A DNA stretch of 62,968 nucleotides, filler included, from Chiloscyllium plagiosum (taxonomy: Eukaryota), in assembly GCF_004010195.1 (NCBI RefSeq). It is 4 parts of one record of this genome, joined end to end, with 100 filler letters (N's around TTAATTAATTAA, not from the genome) between each part and the next. Parts side by side here need not be neighbours in the genome. Positions count along the whole stretch, not along the records: positions 1 to 15,721 come from NC_057715.1; 3 more parts are not named here. One strand, given 5' to 3'. The position numbers and the translations under genes are program-made. The notes under the pieces were generated by a model that was not told where the DNA came from, made no database searches, and was given only the letters and a program-made list of their open reading frames with translations. Numbering within the stretch: position 1 is the stretch's first letter; every line of letters begins with the position of its first letter. Below are positions 1 through 11,621 of this stretch, piece after piece.

Positions 1-1448
1 TGCTTTGCCACTTGCGAAGATCTTTTCATCCTCGCTCTCCACTGGAGTCGTACCTGAGGACTGGAGAGAGGCACATGTAATTCCTCTCTTCAAGAAAGGA
101 AATAGGGAAATCCCTGGCAATTACAGACCAGTAAGTCTCACGTCTGTCGTCTGCAAGGTGTTAGAAAGGATTCTGAGGGATAGGATTTATGACCATCTGG
201 AAGAGCATGGCTTGATTAAATGCAGTCAACACGGCTTTGTGAGGGGCAGGTCATGCCTCACAAATCTTATCGAGTTCTTTGAGGATGTGACTAGAAAAGT
301 TGGTTAGGGTCGAGCTGTGGATGTGGTGTATATGGACTTCAGCAAGGCATTTGATAAGGTTCCCCATGGTAGGCTTATTCAGAAGGTCAGGAGGAATGGG
401 ATTCAGGGGTACATAACTGTCTGGATACAGACTTGGCTGGCCAACAGTAGACAGCGAGTGGTAGTAGAAGGAAAATATTCTGTCTGGAAGTCTGTGGTGA
501 GTGGTGTTCCGCAGGGCTCTGTCTTTGGGCCTCTATTGTTTGTAATTTTTATTAATGACTTGGATGAGGGGATTGATGGATGGGTCAGCAAGTTTGCAGA
601 TGACACAAAGATTGGAGTTGTCGTTGACAGGATGCAGAGATGGGCTGAGAGGTGGCAGATGGAGTTCAAATTGGATAAATGCGAGGTGATGCATTTTGGA
701 ACGTCGAATTATAAAGCTGAGTTCAGGATTAAGGATAGGATTCTTGGCAGTGTGGAGGAACAGAGGGATCTTGGTGTGCAGGTACATAGATCCCTTAAAA
801 TGGCCACCCAAGTGGACAGGGTTGTTAAGAAAGCATATGGTGTTTTGGCTTTCATTAACAGGGGGATTGAGTTTAAGAGTCATGAGATCTTGTTGCAGCT
901 CTATAAAACTTTGTTGAGACCGCACTTGGAATACTGCATCCAGTTCTGGTCGCCCTATTAGAGGAATGATGTGGATGCTTTGGAGAGGGTTCAGAGGAGG
1001 TTTACCAGGATGTGGCCTGGACTGGAGGGCTTATCTTATGAAGAGAGGTTGACTGAGCTCAGACTTTTTTCATTGGAGAAAAGGAGGAGGAGAGGGGACC
1101 TAATTGAGGTATACAAGATAATGAGAGGCATAGATAGAGTCGATAGCCAGAGACTATTTCCCAGGGCAGAAATGACTAACACGAGAGGTCATAGTTTTAA
1201 GCTGGTTGGAGGAAAGTATAGAGGGGATGTCAGAGGCGGGTTCTTTACACAGAGTTGAGAGAGCATGGAATGCATTTCCAGCAGCTGTTGTGGAAGCAAG
1301 GTCATTGGGGACATCTAAGAGACTACTGGACATGCATATGGTCACAGAAATTTGAGGGTGCATACATGAGGATCAGTGGTCGGCACAATATCGTGGGCTG
1401 AAGGGCCTGTTCTGTGCTGTACTGTTCTATGTTGTTCTATGTTCTATA
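1..1448 (+). mobile_element. CR1-clade LINE (HER1-like), 3' part of ORF2 reverse transcriptase plus 3' UTR, degenerate
   Basis: ORFs 5-307, 317-961 and 971-1258 carry CR1 RT motifs (NYRPVSLTS, YMDFSKAFDKV, GVPQGSV, KFADDTK, RRRGDLIEVYK) broken by stops; ends in a (TTCTATG)n tail at about 1425-1448. Confidence 0.95.
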
Positions 1449-1761
1449 GACAGAATCTTTGTAACTCTGGCCATGAAACTATCACTGATAGTCCTAAAAA
1501 CCCATGTGGTTTACTAATGACCTTTGGGTAAGGAAACTTGCCATCCTTGCCCGAGCGGGCATACATGTGTTTCCAGATGAAGAATCACAATTTTTACAGT
1601 TTGGAAAGAGTCTCTTCGTTCACCATGTCCACATTGATAATCAAACATCCATCTGTATTAATCTCACTTTCATAGAGTCATAGCGATGTACAGCAGAGAA
1701 ACAGACCTTTTCAGCCCAACTTGTCCATGTCGATCAGATATCCCAATCTAATCTAATCCTA

Positions 1762-1956
1762 ATTTGGAGATGCCGGTGTTGGACTGGAGTGTACAAAGTT
1801 AAAAATCACACAACACCAGGTTATAGTGCAACAGGTTTAATTGGAAGTACACTAGCTTTCGGAGCGATGCAATCACCTGATGAAGGAGCGTTGCTCCGAA
1901 AGCTAGTGTGCTTCCAATTAAACCTGTTGGACTATAACCTGGTGTTGTGTGATTTT
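1762..1956. mobile_element. Short fold-back Penelope-like (PLE) terminal-repeat insertion with hammerhead
   Basis: Inverted arms (aaaaatcacacaacaccaggttatag... / ...ctataacctggtgttgtgtgattttt); flanked by direct repeat taatctaatccta at 1749-1761 and 1957-1969; sits inside a CR1 tail. Confidence 0.85.
1874..1908 (+). ncRNA. Minimal type I hammerhead ribozyme (PLE-type)
   Basis: cac-CTGATGA-a-GGAGC gtt GCTCC-GAAA-GCTA-gtg: conserved core boxes, 5-bp stem II, palindromic AGCT for a dimeric stem III, CUA cleavage triplet, cac/gtg stem I. Confidence 0.75.
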
Positions 1957-2302
1957 TAATCTAATCCTATTTGCCAGCACTTGGCCCATATCCCTCTAAA
2001 CCCTTCCTATTTATATACTCATCCAGGTGTTTCCAGCAATTTTGAGTTCAATAAATGTCCCCTCAAATAGCCTAGCAAGCCAGTCAATAACACAGTCTCC
2101 ACTGCCCCTCGGGTAAAACAGAGGGTTCCAAGTCTTTGAAACCCCATTTTTTACAACTGAATTATTGAATATCTTCAGGTCAAAGGCAGATAGATTGTTA
2201 ACACCCAAGGGGGTGAAAGGTTATTGGGGTTGGCAGGAATGTGGAGTGATCAAATTAACCATGATGCTATCAAATGGCAAAACAAGCTTGAAGATCCATA
2301 TG

Positions 2303-2549
2303 GGGTTGAAAGCATGGTGTTGGAAAAGCACAGCACGTCAGGCAGCATCTGAGGAGCAGGAGAACCGACGTTTCGGGCAAGAGCCCTTCATCAGGCCCTT
2401 CATCAGTCCTGTGTCATTCATTCTTGATGCAGGGCTCTTGCCTGAAACGCCGATTCTCCTACTCCACAGATGCTGCCTGACCTGCTGTGCTTTTCCAGCA
2501 CCACACTCTTGAGTTTGATCTCCAGAATCTGCAGTCCTCACTTTCTCCC
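2303..2549. mobile_element. Short fold-back PLE terminal-repeat insertion; hammerhead on minus strand about 2365-2395
   Basis: Inverted arms (gaaaagcacagca...ggcagcatc / gatgctgcc...tgctgtgcttttcc); 14-bp TSD tgaagatccatatg at 2289-2302 and 2550-2563. Confidence 0.85.
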
Positions 2550-2746
2550 TGAAGATCCATATGACCTATTCCTGCTCCCAAAGAGTATGCAAGAGAATTT
2601 CAGTAATCTAGGTTCAGCGCCAGTCCCAGCGTCTTCAATCTATACCTGTGAGGGAGGTAGAGGAGGGTCAGGGACATTGTACAAAGTAATAGAAACAAAA
2701 GGCTAATTTATGGGGTGTCCTGTCACTCGACCCATTCTCATATGTT

Positions 2747-3325
2747 AAAGTTATAGAGATGTACAGCACGGAAACAGACCCTTTGGTCCAACTTGTCCGT
2801 GCCAATCAGATATCCTAAACTAAACTAGTCGCATTTGCCAGCGTTTGGTCCAGATCCCTCTAAACCCTTCCTATCCAGATGACTTTTAAATACCATTGTA
2901 TCAGCCTCCATCACTTCCTCTAGGATCTCATTCCAAACACGTACCACCCTCTGCACAAAAATGTTGCTCCTTAGATTCTTTTTAAACTCTTTCCCCGTTC
3001 ACCTTAAACCTATGCCCTCTAGTTTTGAACTCCCCAACCCTGGGGAAAAGGACCTCAGCTGGTCACCCCTCTTGATTTTATAAACCTCTATAAGCTTATC
3101 CCTCAGCCTCCGACACTCCAAAGAAAATAGTCTCAGCCTATTCAGCCTCTCCCCATAGCTCAAACCCTCCAACCCTGGCAAAATCCTTGAAAATCTTTTC
3201 TGAACCCTTTCAAGTTTCACAATATCTTTCCTAAAACAGGGACACAGAATTGAATGCAGTATTCCAAAAGTGGCCTAATCAATGTCCTGTATAGCCAACT
3301 CCTATACTCCACACACTGACCAATA
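2747..3325 (-). mobile_element. CR1 LINE 3' fragment
   Basis: ORF 2999-3220 LERVQKRFSRILPGLEGLSYGERLNRL and a CR1-type 3' UTR. Confidence 0.85.
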
Positions 3326-3327
3326 AA

Positions 3328-3620
3328 GATCTTGCTAAAGCTATACAAGGTGCGAGTCAGCCCATGGTTGGAATACTGCGAACAGCTCAGATCCCTTTAT
3401 CTAAGGAAAATTATCCTGGCATTGGAGACAGTCCAGAGAAGGTTCATTAGGTCGATCCTTGATATGGAGGGACTGTCTTATGAGGAGACGTTGAGTAGGT
3501 TGAGCCTACACTCTTTGGAGTTTAGAAGAATGGGAGGAGGCCTAATTGAAATATACAAAGCCTTAGGAGTTTGACAAGGATAGCTGCACAGAGGTTGTTC
3601 CTCCTTGGTGTAGTAGAGTC
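3328..3620 (+). mobile_element. CR1 LINE fragment
   Basis: ORF 3332-3574 LKLYK...LEYC...LETVQRRF...LEFRRMGGGLIEIYK. Confidence 0.8.
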
Positions 3621-3769
3621 TAAGGTCTAAGCAAGTTTGGCAAACTAGATCCACAATTGGCTGAGTGGCAAGAAGCAGAGGAATGTATTGAGTGAAGCAC
3701 TGACACAGTTAGTTGGGCTTGTGGTCTGATGGTACATGTATTTTCTCTATGTTTTGTTGATCATTAATA

Positions 3770-3975
3770 TGCCTACATGCTGGTTTGAAATGCAGAGTGA
3801 TGGCCAACAGTCCAGGTTCAATTCCCGCATCAGGTCAGGCTACCACTGAAGGACTTTCCTTCTCAACCTCTCCCCTGCTCGAGGTTTGGGGACCCTCAGG
3901 CCAAACCACCACCAGTCATCTCTCCCTCTGATGAGGGGGTAGCCCTGTGCCCTGGTGAGAGTATGGCAGCTTTTA
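3770..3975 (+). mobile_element. tRNA-derived SINE, degenerate
   Basis: B-box-like ggttcaattccc followed by a SINE-like body; family not assigned. Confidence 0.5.
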
Positions 3976-4039
3976 TGTGGCTACTGAGATGTAACTGTAA
4001 ACCTCTGATTCATGAAAAGTGGCTCCGTGGTCACTCCTC

Positions 4040-4620
4040 CCCCACAGGCTGCCCCCTGAGAGGATCAGGAGGAATGGTGGCACCATCTGCCGCCATCACA
4101 AGTGGCAGGTACCAGGGGCATCACAGCGGGCCACAACATTCTAACGACAGGCGAGTGGTGGTGGGCGCCGCAGCTTTGCTCTGAGTCAGTGTCAGTGTCG
4201 GTGTCGGTGAGGGAGGAGGATTCCCCGGCCCACGGCCGCTTACAGGGGGAGGTCTCCACACGGAGCTGACCACAGGCTGGGGCGTGTGGGCGGGGAGGCC
4301 ATCAGCCGCCCTGCCTTCCTTACCGGCTCGTCCTCGTCGTCCCCCGGGAGCCGGTGCCCCTCTCCTTGCGGCCCGGGTCCGTGCCCGTGGCCGTGAAGCT
4401 CCATCACCGCCGCCATCTTTAGCCTAGTAACCCAAGAACGCCGCCTCCCATTGGCTCGGCCGGCCCGTCCAATCGGCGGTCACGGTACTCCGGGAAGGGG
4501 TGGGGGCGGGAACGCGAACACGTCACTGAACACGCTCACGGAGTGGCCACGCCCCTCGCCGCCCCGTCACGTGCTAGCAGGTCACGTGCTGTTCAGGTGT
4601 CGCAACGTGAGTGTTTCCAG
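4040..4620. promoter_or_regulatory. CpG island / promoter of the minus-strand gene
   Basis: The only strongly CpG-rich non-repeat stretch in the window. Has AAGATGGCGG (YY1-like) over the ATG, ATTGG and CCAAT boxes at about 4450-4473, a GC box ggggcggg at about 4503, and two GTCACGTG E-boxes at about 4566 and 4581. Confidence 0.85.
4324..4416 (-). CDS. RNF121: First coding exon, MAAVMELHGHGHGPGPQGEGHRLPGDDEDEP; probably RING finger protein 121
   Basis: ATG in strong Kozak context (aagATGG) inside a CpG island; 93-nt open frame ending at a consensus GTAAGG donor, phase 0. The name comes from resemblance to the human RNF121 N-terminus (MAAVVEV...ELDE) and the human 11q13.4 neighbourhood of SPCS2/XRRA1. 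The exon call is firm; the name is tentative. Confidence 0.55.
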
Positions 4621-4780
4621 GGTAACCAAGCTGGAAAGGGAGAGTCAGCAGGTGGGTGGAGCCCAAAGGATCTGAGGTCCCTGATTGGAGCTGTTACCCT
4701 GATTCAGTCAGGGAGCCCTGGCTGACAGGTACAAACTGGAGTGTCTTGGTGACGGGATACTGGCCTCTCAGTTGTCATTG
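4621..4780 (+). repeat. 5' LTR (internally deleted)
   Basis: Shares tccctg...tcagggagccctg(g/a)ctgacag...ggagtgtc and ttggtgac...atactggcc blocks with the 3' LTR. Confidence 0.7.
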
Positions 4781-4794
4781 AGTTGGAGTTAGGA

Positions 4795-5112
4795 GCACAG
4801 AATCCCTATAGTGTGGAATCAGGCCTTAAGGCCCAAAGAGCATCCCACCCAGTCCCCCACTACCCTAACTGTGCATTTACCACGGCAAATGCACCTAATC
4901 TACACATCCCTGGACACTAATGGTAACTTGGCATGGCCAATCCACCCAGCCTGCACATTTCTAGACTATGTGAGGAAACCGGAGTACCCGGAGGAACTCC
5001 ATTCAGACAACAGGAGAACATGCAAACTCTAAACAGACAACTGCCCAAGGGTGGAATCGAATCTGGGTCCCTTGTGCTGTTAGGCAGCAGTGCTGACTTC
5101 TAAGCCACCATG
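4795..5112 (-). mobile_element. HE1-like tRNA-derived SINE
   Basis: Reverse of the HE1-type core (ggaaaccggagtacccggagga...tgcaaactc) with a CR1-type tail. Confidence 0.85.
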
Positions 5113-5317
5113 GGCTAAGCATTTCTAAGCTATTTTGGGAAGCTTGACTTGTACAATTCTGCCATCAAAGAGTGGGGCCAGTATTTGGAAATAATGTGTT
5201 ATTTTTTCTGGGCAAACGATATTGGGGAAGACAAAAAGCAACAATGATTCTCCTGACAGCGTAGGTAGCTTTTTCAGTTTTTGGTAGCCTAACCAGATAC
5301 TAAAGACTTTTCAAGAC

Positions 5318-5937
5318 GCAGGCAGATAGAATAGTGAAGAAGGTGTTTGGTATGCTTTCTTTTATTGGTCAGAGTATTGAGTACAGGAGTTGGGAGGTCA
5401 TGTTGCAGCTGTACAGGACTTTGGTTAGGCCAAAGATGTTGTGAAACTGGAAAGGGTTCAGAAAAGATTTACAAGGATGTTGCCAGGGTTGGAGGATTTG
5501 AGCTACAGGGAGAGGCTGAACAGGCTGGGGCTGTTTTCCCTGGAGCGTTGGAGGCTGAGGGGTGACCTTATAAAGGTTTACAAAATTATGAGCGGCATGG
5601 ATAGGATAAATAGACAAAGTCTTTTCCCTGGGGTCGGAGAGTCCAGACTAGAGGGTATAGGTTTAGGGTGAGAGAAGAAAGCTATAAAAGAGACCTAATG
5701 GGCAACCTTTTCACGCAGAGGGTGGTACGTGTATGGAATGAGCTGCCAGAGGAAGTGGTGGAGGCTGGTACAATTGCAACATTTAAGAGGCATTTGGATG
5801 GGTATATGAAGAGGAAGGGTTTGGAGGGATATGGGCCAGGTGCTGGCAGGTGGGACTAGATTGGGTTGGGATATCTGGTCGGCATGGACGGGTTGGACCG
5901 AAGGGTCTGTTTCCATGCTGTACATGTCTCTGACTCT
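5318..5937 (+). mobile_element. CR1 LINE 3' fragment nested in Gypsy
   Basis: LERVQKRFTRMLPGL...RLRGDLIKVYK, FTQRVVRVWNELP; ends in a tgactct tail. Confidence 0.9.
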
Positions 5938-8662
5938 AATGAGAGATTTAGCTAAGGAACATTGTGACCCAAGCTTCCTGTAATTCTGAGATGCTATTGG
6001 TCTTACTCGGCAATTCGAGAATCTAATCATAACCAGCAGAATCTGTATCGGGATCTTTGATAAGGTTAAGATGATTGGCAGAAGCATGTGATTTTGGTTT
6101 AACCCTAAGTAAGATGCTGAGAGACTGCTGTGTGGGAATAATGGTGTGACCGTTGCAAAAGCACCTAATAGCTGAAGCCGAGCTGGACTACAAACAGGCA
6201 CCACAGCTGGCTTTGTCATCAGAAAATGGAGCTTATGAGTTGCAATGTATGCTGATGGAAGTGGATACCCTTGCCAGGCTAACTAAGCTTGAGGAAAACC
6301 ACTTGAGTGAAGGCAATTACACAGCCTCATTCAGGCAGCCTCATTCAGGACATATCCTGAACAGAGGGACCTCACATAGAGGACTTTTACGTGAAACTAG
6401 TGAGAGGGGCAATCCTTCACAAAGCTGGACATGAGCCATGTGTACCTGCAATTGTGATTAAATTAGGATTCCCAGAGTATGCTACAATTGTACCGATATG
6501 AGACTGTCCTTTCATCAGCCTGTGCCAGTGGATGCTGAAGAACATTTTACAAGATTTACCCCAGGCTGCCAAATATCTGGATGACATGCTATTGAGAGAA
6601 CTTAGTATTTTTAGGCATTTCTCCAAAGCGGGGGTACATTCTAGGGGGGAGAAATGTGTGTTTCAGGCACTCCAAGTGACCTACCTGGGCTACAGAGTTG
6701 ACAAGAGCAGGTTACACCCATTGGAAGATAAAGTAAGGGCGATCAAAGGTGCCCCAGCTCCCACGTCTGTACCAGAGCTGAGGTCTTTCCTTGGGTTGGT
6801 GAATTATTACGGAAAATTCATACGTAACCTGGCCTCTATCTTTGGTACCTTTATATCTACTATAGAAAAAAGGTCAGTCTTGGAAATAGTTTCATAGCCA
6901 AGATGTAGCCTTTAGGGAAGTGAAGAAGCAGCAATTGTTGTCTAAGGTGTTTGCCCACTACAATCCCAAGTGAGATGTGGGCCTGACATGTGTCGCCTCT
7001 CCATATGGTATTGGGATAGAGTTGGTTCACTGATGGCTCTGCAGAGAAGAATGCCCAATAGCAAATTGCAAATGTAAATTTGTAACAGTAATGGATCACA
7101 AACCCCTGCTAGGTCTACTTAAAGAGGACAGGGCCGTGTTGTCCATAGCTTCAGGTCAAATTCAGTGATGGGCTGCAATTCTGAGCACACACAAGTTGGA
7201 GCACCGTCTAGGCGACCAAGTGGCAAATGCAGATGCCGTGAGCTGCCTCCCACTCGCAAATATGTTATCCGTGGTACCCCCACTGGAAGACTCTGTTGTG
7301 GTTTTAAATTTTCTGGAGACCCTTGCGGTCACCGCTGACAATATCAGACTGTGAATACAACAATCCTGTCCTGGCAAAACTAAAACAACTGGGGAAATTC
7401 TGGTGGTGATGGAGAAATCAAAAGGGCTATCATGACCAGAATTAAAAACTTTCTGGATTCGGTGAGACCAGATCACCAAAGAGGAAGGCATATTATTATG
7501 GGGAGCAAGAGTGATTGTCCTGAGCAAAGATCGCCGCCAGATACTGGCTGACCTCCACCAAGGTCATCCAGCGGTTTCCAAAATGAAGATGTTTGCAAGA
7601 AGTTGTCTGATAGCCAGGATTAGATGCTGACATAGCCGTGATGGTGGGGCAGTGCCCAGAGTGCCAACAAGAATAAACATTGCTGCCAGCAGCTCTCCCA
7701 CATTTGTGGGAGTGACCGGGTAAATTCTGAACCTGGTCACATGTCAACTATGCGAGTCCTTTCACAGGCTCTATGTTTTTAGTTGTGGATGCCCACTCTT
7801 AAAGTGGTTGGACATGCATACAGTTCATTCGTCAAACACAGGGATGGTGATTGAAAACTTATGAGCATCTTGTGCAATATTCCCAGAGGGATTGGCCACA
7901 GACCACAGGGTATCGTTTACCAGCAGCGACTTTGAGTATTTCCTAAAGTCGAATGGCATCCATTGTCCATTAGTCTGGCAGAAAGAGCAGTCCAAACTTT
8001 GAAGGCAAGCTTAAGGAAACAGCTTACAGCTTCACTAGATACCAAATTGTCCCGGTTCATGTTTGATTATAGGATCACCTCTCACGCAACTAGGACAGGT
8101 CCAGCAATGTTGCTAATGGGGAGAAAACCCTGCACCTGGGTTAAATCGGATCTTCTGGGACCTAGGGGTGAGACTGAAGCAGCTTTAGGAATGTCAATGC
8201 TGAACACAAGACACCTCTAAGCGAGAGAGTCAGTTTACCTCAGGGAATGAAATTTGGTGTTAAAACCGTGAGACTGGCCTTGCATGAGTCAGAGGCATGG
8301 TCAATGCAAGGTCAAGTCCTGTGACATACAAAGTTCAGGTCGGAGAAGCAGATCTGAACAAGCACAAGGACCACATGAAAGCTGCAATGTCACAAACTGG
8401 GCAGGAGCAAAACATACCCAGCCCGTCAGTCTTGCCGGCAAGGCTGAAGAACCTGTCAGTTCTCTCCCTCTGCCAAGCATTGATGAAACCTCTGAGTGTA
8501 TAATGGACACAGCAGAAGGTCTTGCTGAGATGCTCTGGGCACAATAGTTGGGCTATGGCCCAATATCCAAGGCAGAGTCAGAGGAAACGGACCTGGTGTG
8601 AAAACGCCCCAGGAGGATCTACAGGAAAAGGAATGGACCTATGTCTGATAGAATGGGAGGAA

Positions 8663-8898
8663 AGTAGTGACTGGAACGAGGTAAACCAGGTGGATCTCAT
8701 TGAATATGAGCTCCCTGTTGTGGTTGTTAATCTGGTTCAATCAGGGAGCCCTGACTGACAGATATAAACAGGAGTGTCATGGGTTCTGCTCACTCTGAAA
8801 GCTGGCTCTGAGGGAGCTGGGTCAGTGTAATTTACAATGTACATGTAAATAAAGGGTGAGTTGGTGACAGAATACTGGCCATTCATAGAGTTATTCCA
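8663..8898 (+). repeat. 3' LTR of the Gypsy element
   Basis: Follows purine tract gaatgggaggaaag; contains tataaa and aataaa; ends ...ttattcca; homologous to 4621-4780 and 51141-51359. Confidence 0.8.
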
Positions 8899-9559
8899 AT
8901 GAGATTGGCTTGACTTTGGGCTAGGAGATAGAGGAGGGTGGTTGAGCACTATTTGTGTGGCTGGATCCCAGTGTCCAGTGGTGTACCACAGGGATCAGTG
9001 CTGGGTGCCTTATTCAACTAAAACAGAAGTTGCTGGAGAAACTCAGCAGGTCTGGCTGCATGGAGAGAGAAAAAGCACATAAGATATATCAGCAAAATTA
9101 GGCAATTCAGACCACTGAGTCCAGACACCGTTCAGTCATGGCTGTTATGTTTCTCAATCCCACTCTCCTGCCTTCTCCCTGTAACCTTTGATTGCCTTAC
9201 CAATCAAGAACCTAGTTATCCCTGTCTTAAATACACATGATGACTTGACTTCATTGCCTTCAGTGAACATTTTGAATCCAGTGATCCTTCATCAGGTGCT
9301 AACTCTATTTCTCTTTCCAGTGATGCTGCCAGACCTGCTGAGTTTCTCCATCAATTTCTGGTTCTTTTTCAGATCTTCAGCATGCACTAAGATTATTGGG
9401 GGCATAATAAGTTTTTGAATGATGTGAAGGTAGTTGTTGTGATTGTCATGGAAGTTCCATCACATTCCGACATATAGTTGAATGGCTGAAGGGCTTCTCG
9501 ATGAAGGGCTTATGCCCGAACGTCAATTCTCCTGCACCTCGGATGCTGCCTGACCTGGG

Positions 9560-10175
9560 TTAATAGGGTAGATAAGAAGGCATATGGACACGCCTTTATC
9601 ATTCCTAGCCTGGACTATAAGAGCAGGGAGGTTATGTTGGAGCTGTATAGAACTTTGGTTAGGCCACAGCTGGAGTACCGTATGCAGTTCTGGTGACTAC
9701 TCTGTAGGAAGGATGTGATCACTGGAGTGAGTGCAAAGTAGATTCACCAGGATGTTGTTTGAATGGAGGCTGGATAAACTCGGTTATTTTCTTTGGAGCA
9801 GAGAAGGTCGAAGAGGGACCTGATTTGAGGTATATAGGATTACAAGGGGCATGGACAAGATGGATAGGAAGCAGCTGTTCCCCTTAGGGAAAGAGTCAAT
9901 AACAAGGTAACAGTTTTAAGGTGAAAGGCAGGAGAGGGGACTTAAAATATTTTTTCACTCAGAGAGTGGTGACAATCTCAAATGCTCTGCCTGGGAGGGT
10001 AGTTCAAGCAGATAAACTCACAACCTTTAAAATGTACTTGGATGGACACTTTAAGTATTATAACATTCAAACCTACAAAGCAAGTGCTGGAAAATGGAAC
10101 TAGTTAGGATTTAGTGTATTTTTTGGCAGTACAGAGATGATGGGCTGAAGGGCCTCTTCTATACTGTGTCATTCT
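9560..10175 (+). mobile_element. CR1 LINE 3' fragment
   Basis: LYRTLVRPQLEY motif and FFTQRVVTISNALP (ORF 9921-10103). Confidence 0.8.
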
Positions 10176-11075
10176 GAGGATTTTATTCCCCCAATTTCAT
10201 TCAGTTCATATTGAATATTCAATTCTATGAGTACATGCATTTATTATCTTAAAAATATGTATTGGGTTTTATTCGGCTTTGGAAGACAAAGCAGGAAATT
10301 GCTCTATACTTCAGAAAGGAGTTGGTAATTGGGTGCAAGAGCAAGATATTTGGGTGCAAGAGACAAGAATAGTGTCCCAGGGAAGGGACATAATGGCTTC
10401 TGAGTAGGGTAACCATCTGTGATTAAAAGTATTCCTGGAGGTTCCATCACTTTCCCAAATTCGAGCCATCACTTGGCTGATACATCCATCTATTAGTGCC
10501 ACATTCCTACACTAACCAGGAAAAATTGGAAATCATTGGTCACCCAGAAGGTGGTGGGAATCTGAAACTCACTGCCTGTGAGTGTGGCAGAGGCTGAAAC
10601 CCTCAATATTTGATTATGAACATGTGCACTAGTGATGCCAAAGCAGATGCAGCTATGGACCAAGTGTTGGAAAATAAGTTAGGTGTTTTTCTTTTGTTGA
10701 CAGCGCAGGCTCAATGGGCCAAAAAGTCTTTATGATTCTGACTCTATGAAAGCAAAGACTCATTCCTCAATTTGTTCACCTGTCAACCAAACTAAGCTTT
10801 ATTCCCATCCAACCCCACCCATTTTCAGTTTTTTTGAAGTATCTGACAGAAAATCATTCACATAATTTTTCTTTTAAATCACAGTATTGTTACAGGGCAG
10901 AAGGAGGCCTTCATTGCTCAGACACAGGAGTTGGAATGTCATGTTGAGATCACACAGAGTATTGATGAGGCCTCTTCTGGAATACTGTTATAGGAAGGAT
11001 GTTTTAAGCTGAAGAGGGTTCAGAAAAGATTTACTAGAATGTTGCTGGTATAGAGAGTTTGAGTTATAGGGAGAG

Positions 11076-11365
11076 ATTAGATTCCCTACAGTGTGGAAAC
11101 AGACCCAACCATCACCCCTCTGAAGAGTAACCCACCCAGACCCATTTCCCTCTGACTTAATACTATGGGCAATTTAGCTTGGCCAATTCACCTGACCTGC
11201 ACATCTTTGGACTGTGGGAGGAAACCAGAGCACCCGGAGGAAACCCACGCAGACACGGAGAGAATGTGCGAACTGCACACAGACAAACGCCTGAGGCTGG
11301 AATTGAACCTGGGACCCTGGTGCTGAGAGGCTGGTGTGCTAACCACTGAGCCACAATGCCGCCCG
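11076..11365 (-). mobile_element. HE1-like SINE nested in a CR1 fragment (about 10920-11620)
   Basis: Canonical HE1-type core and (gatta)n tail; CR1 sequence resumes on both sides. Confidence 0.9.
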
Positions 11366-11621
11366 TTATAAAATCATGAGGGGCATAGATAAGGTGAATG
11401 GCAGGTGTACTTTTCCTATAGTGGGCGATTTCAAGACTAACTGGCACATGTTTAAGGTGAGAGGAGAAAATTTTTTAAAGAATGTAAGAGAGTAGTTAAT
11501 TTGTGAAATGAACTTGCACAGGAGTTGTGGGTTGCGGGTACAGTGCCAACATTTAAAAGACATTTGGATAAGTACATGATTAAGAAAGGTTTCGAAGAAT
11601 ATGGATCAGGAGCAAGCAGGT

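Larger units (their letters stand above)
4621..8898 (+). mobile_element. Degenerate Gypsy/Ty3 LTR retrotransposon (gag-pol, K02A2.6-like), with nested SINE and CR1
   Basis: gag remnant (GKLDLYNSAIKEWGQYLE, about 5140); RT YLDD...VTYLGYRV...LRSFLGLVNYYGKF (6532-6897); integrase remnant (LAERAVQTLK, 7963-8220); related LTRs at about 4621-4780 and 8663-8898; purine tract before the 3' LTR. Confidence 0.9.
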
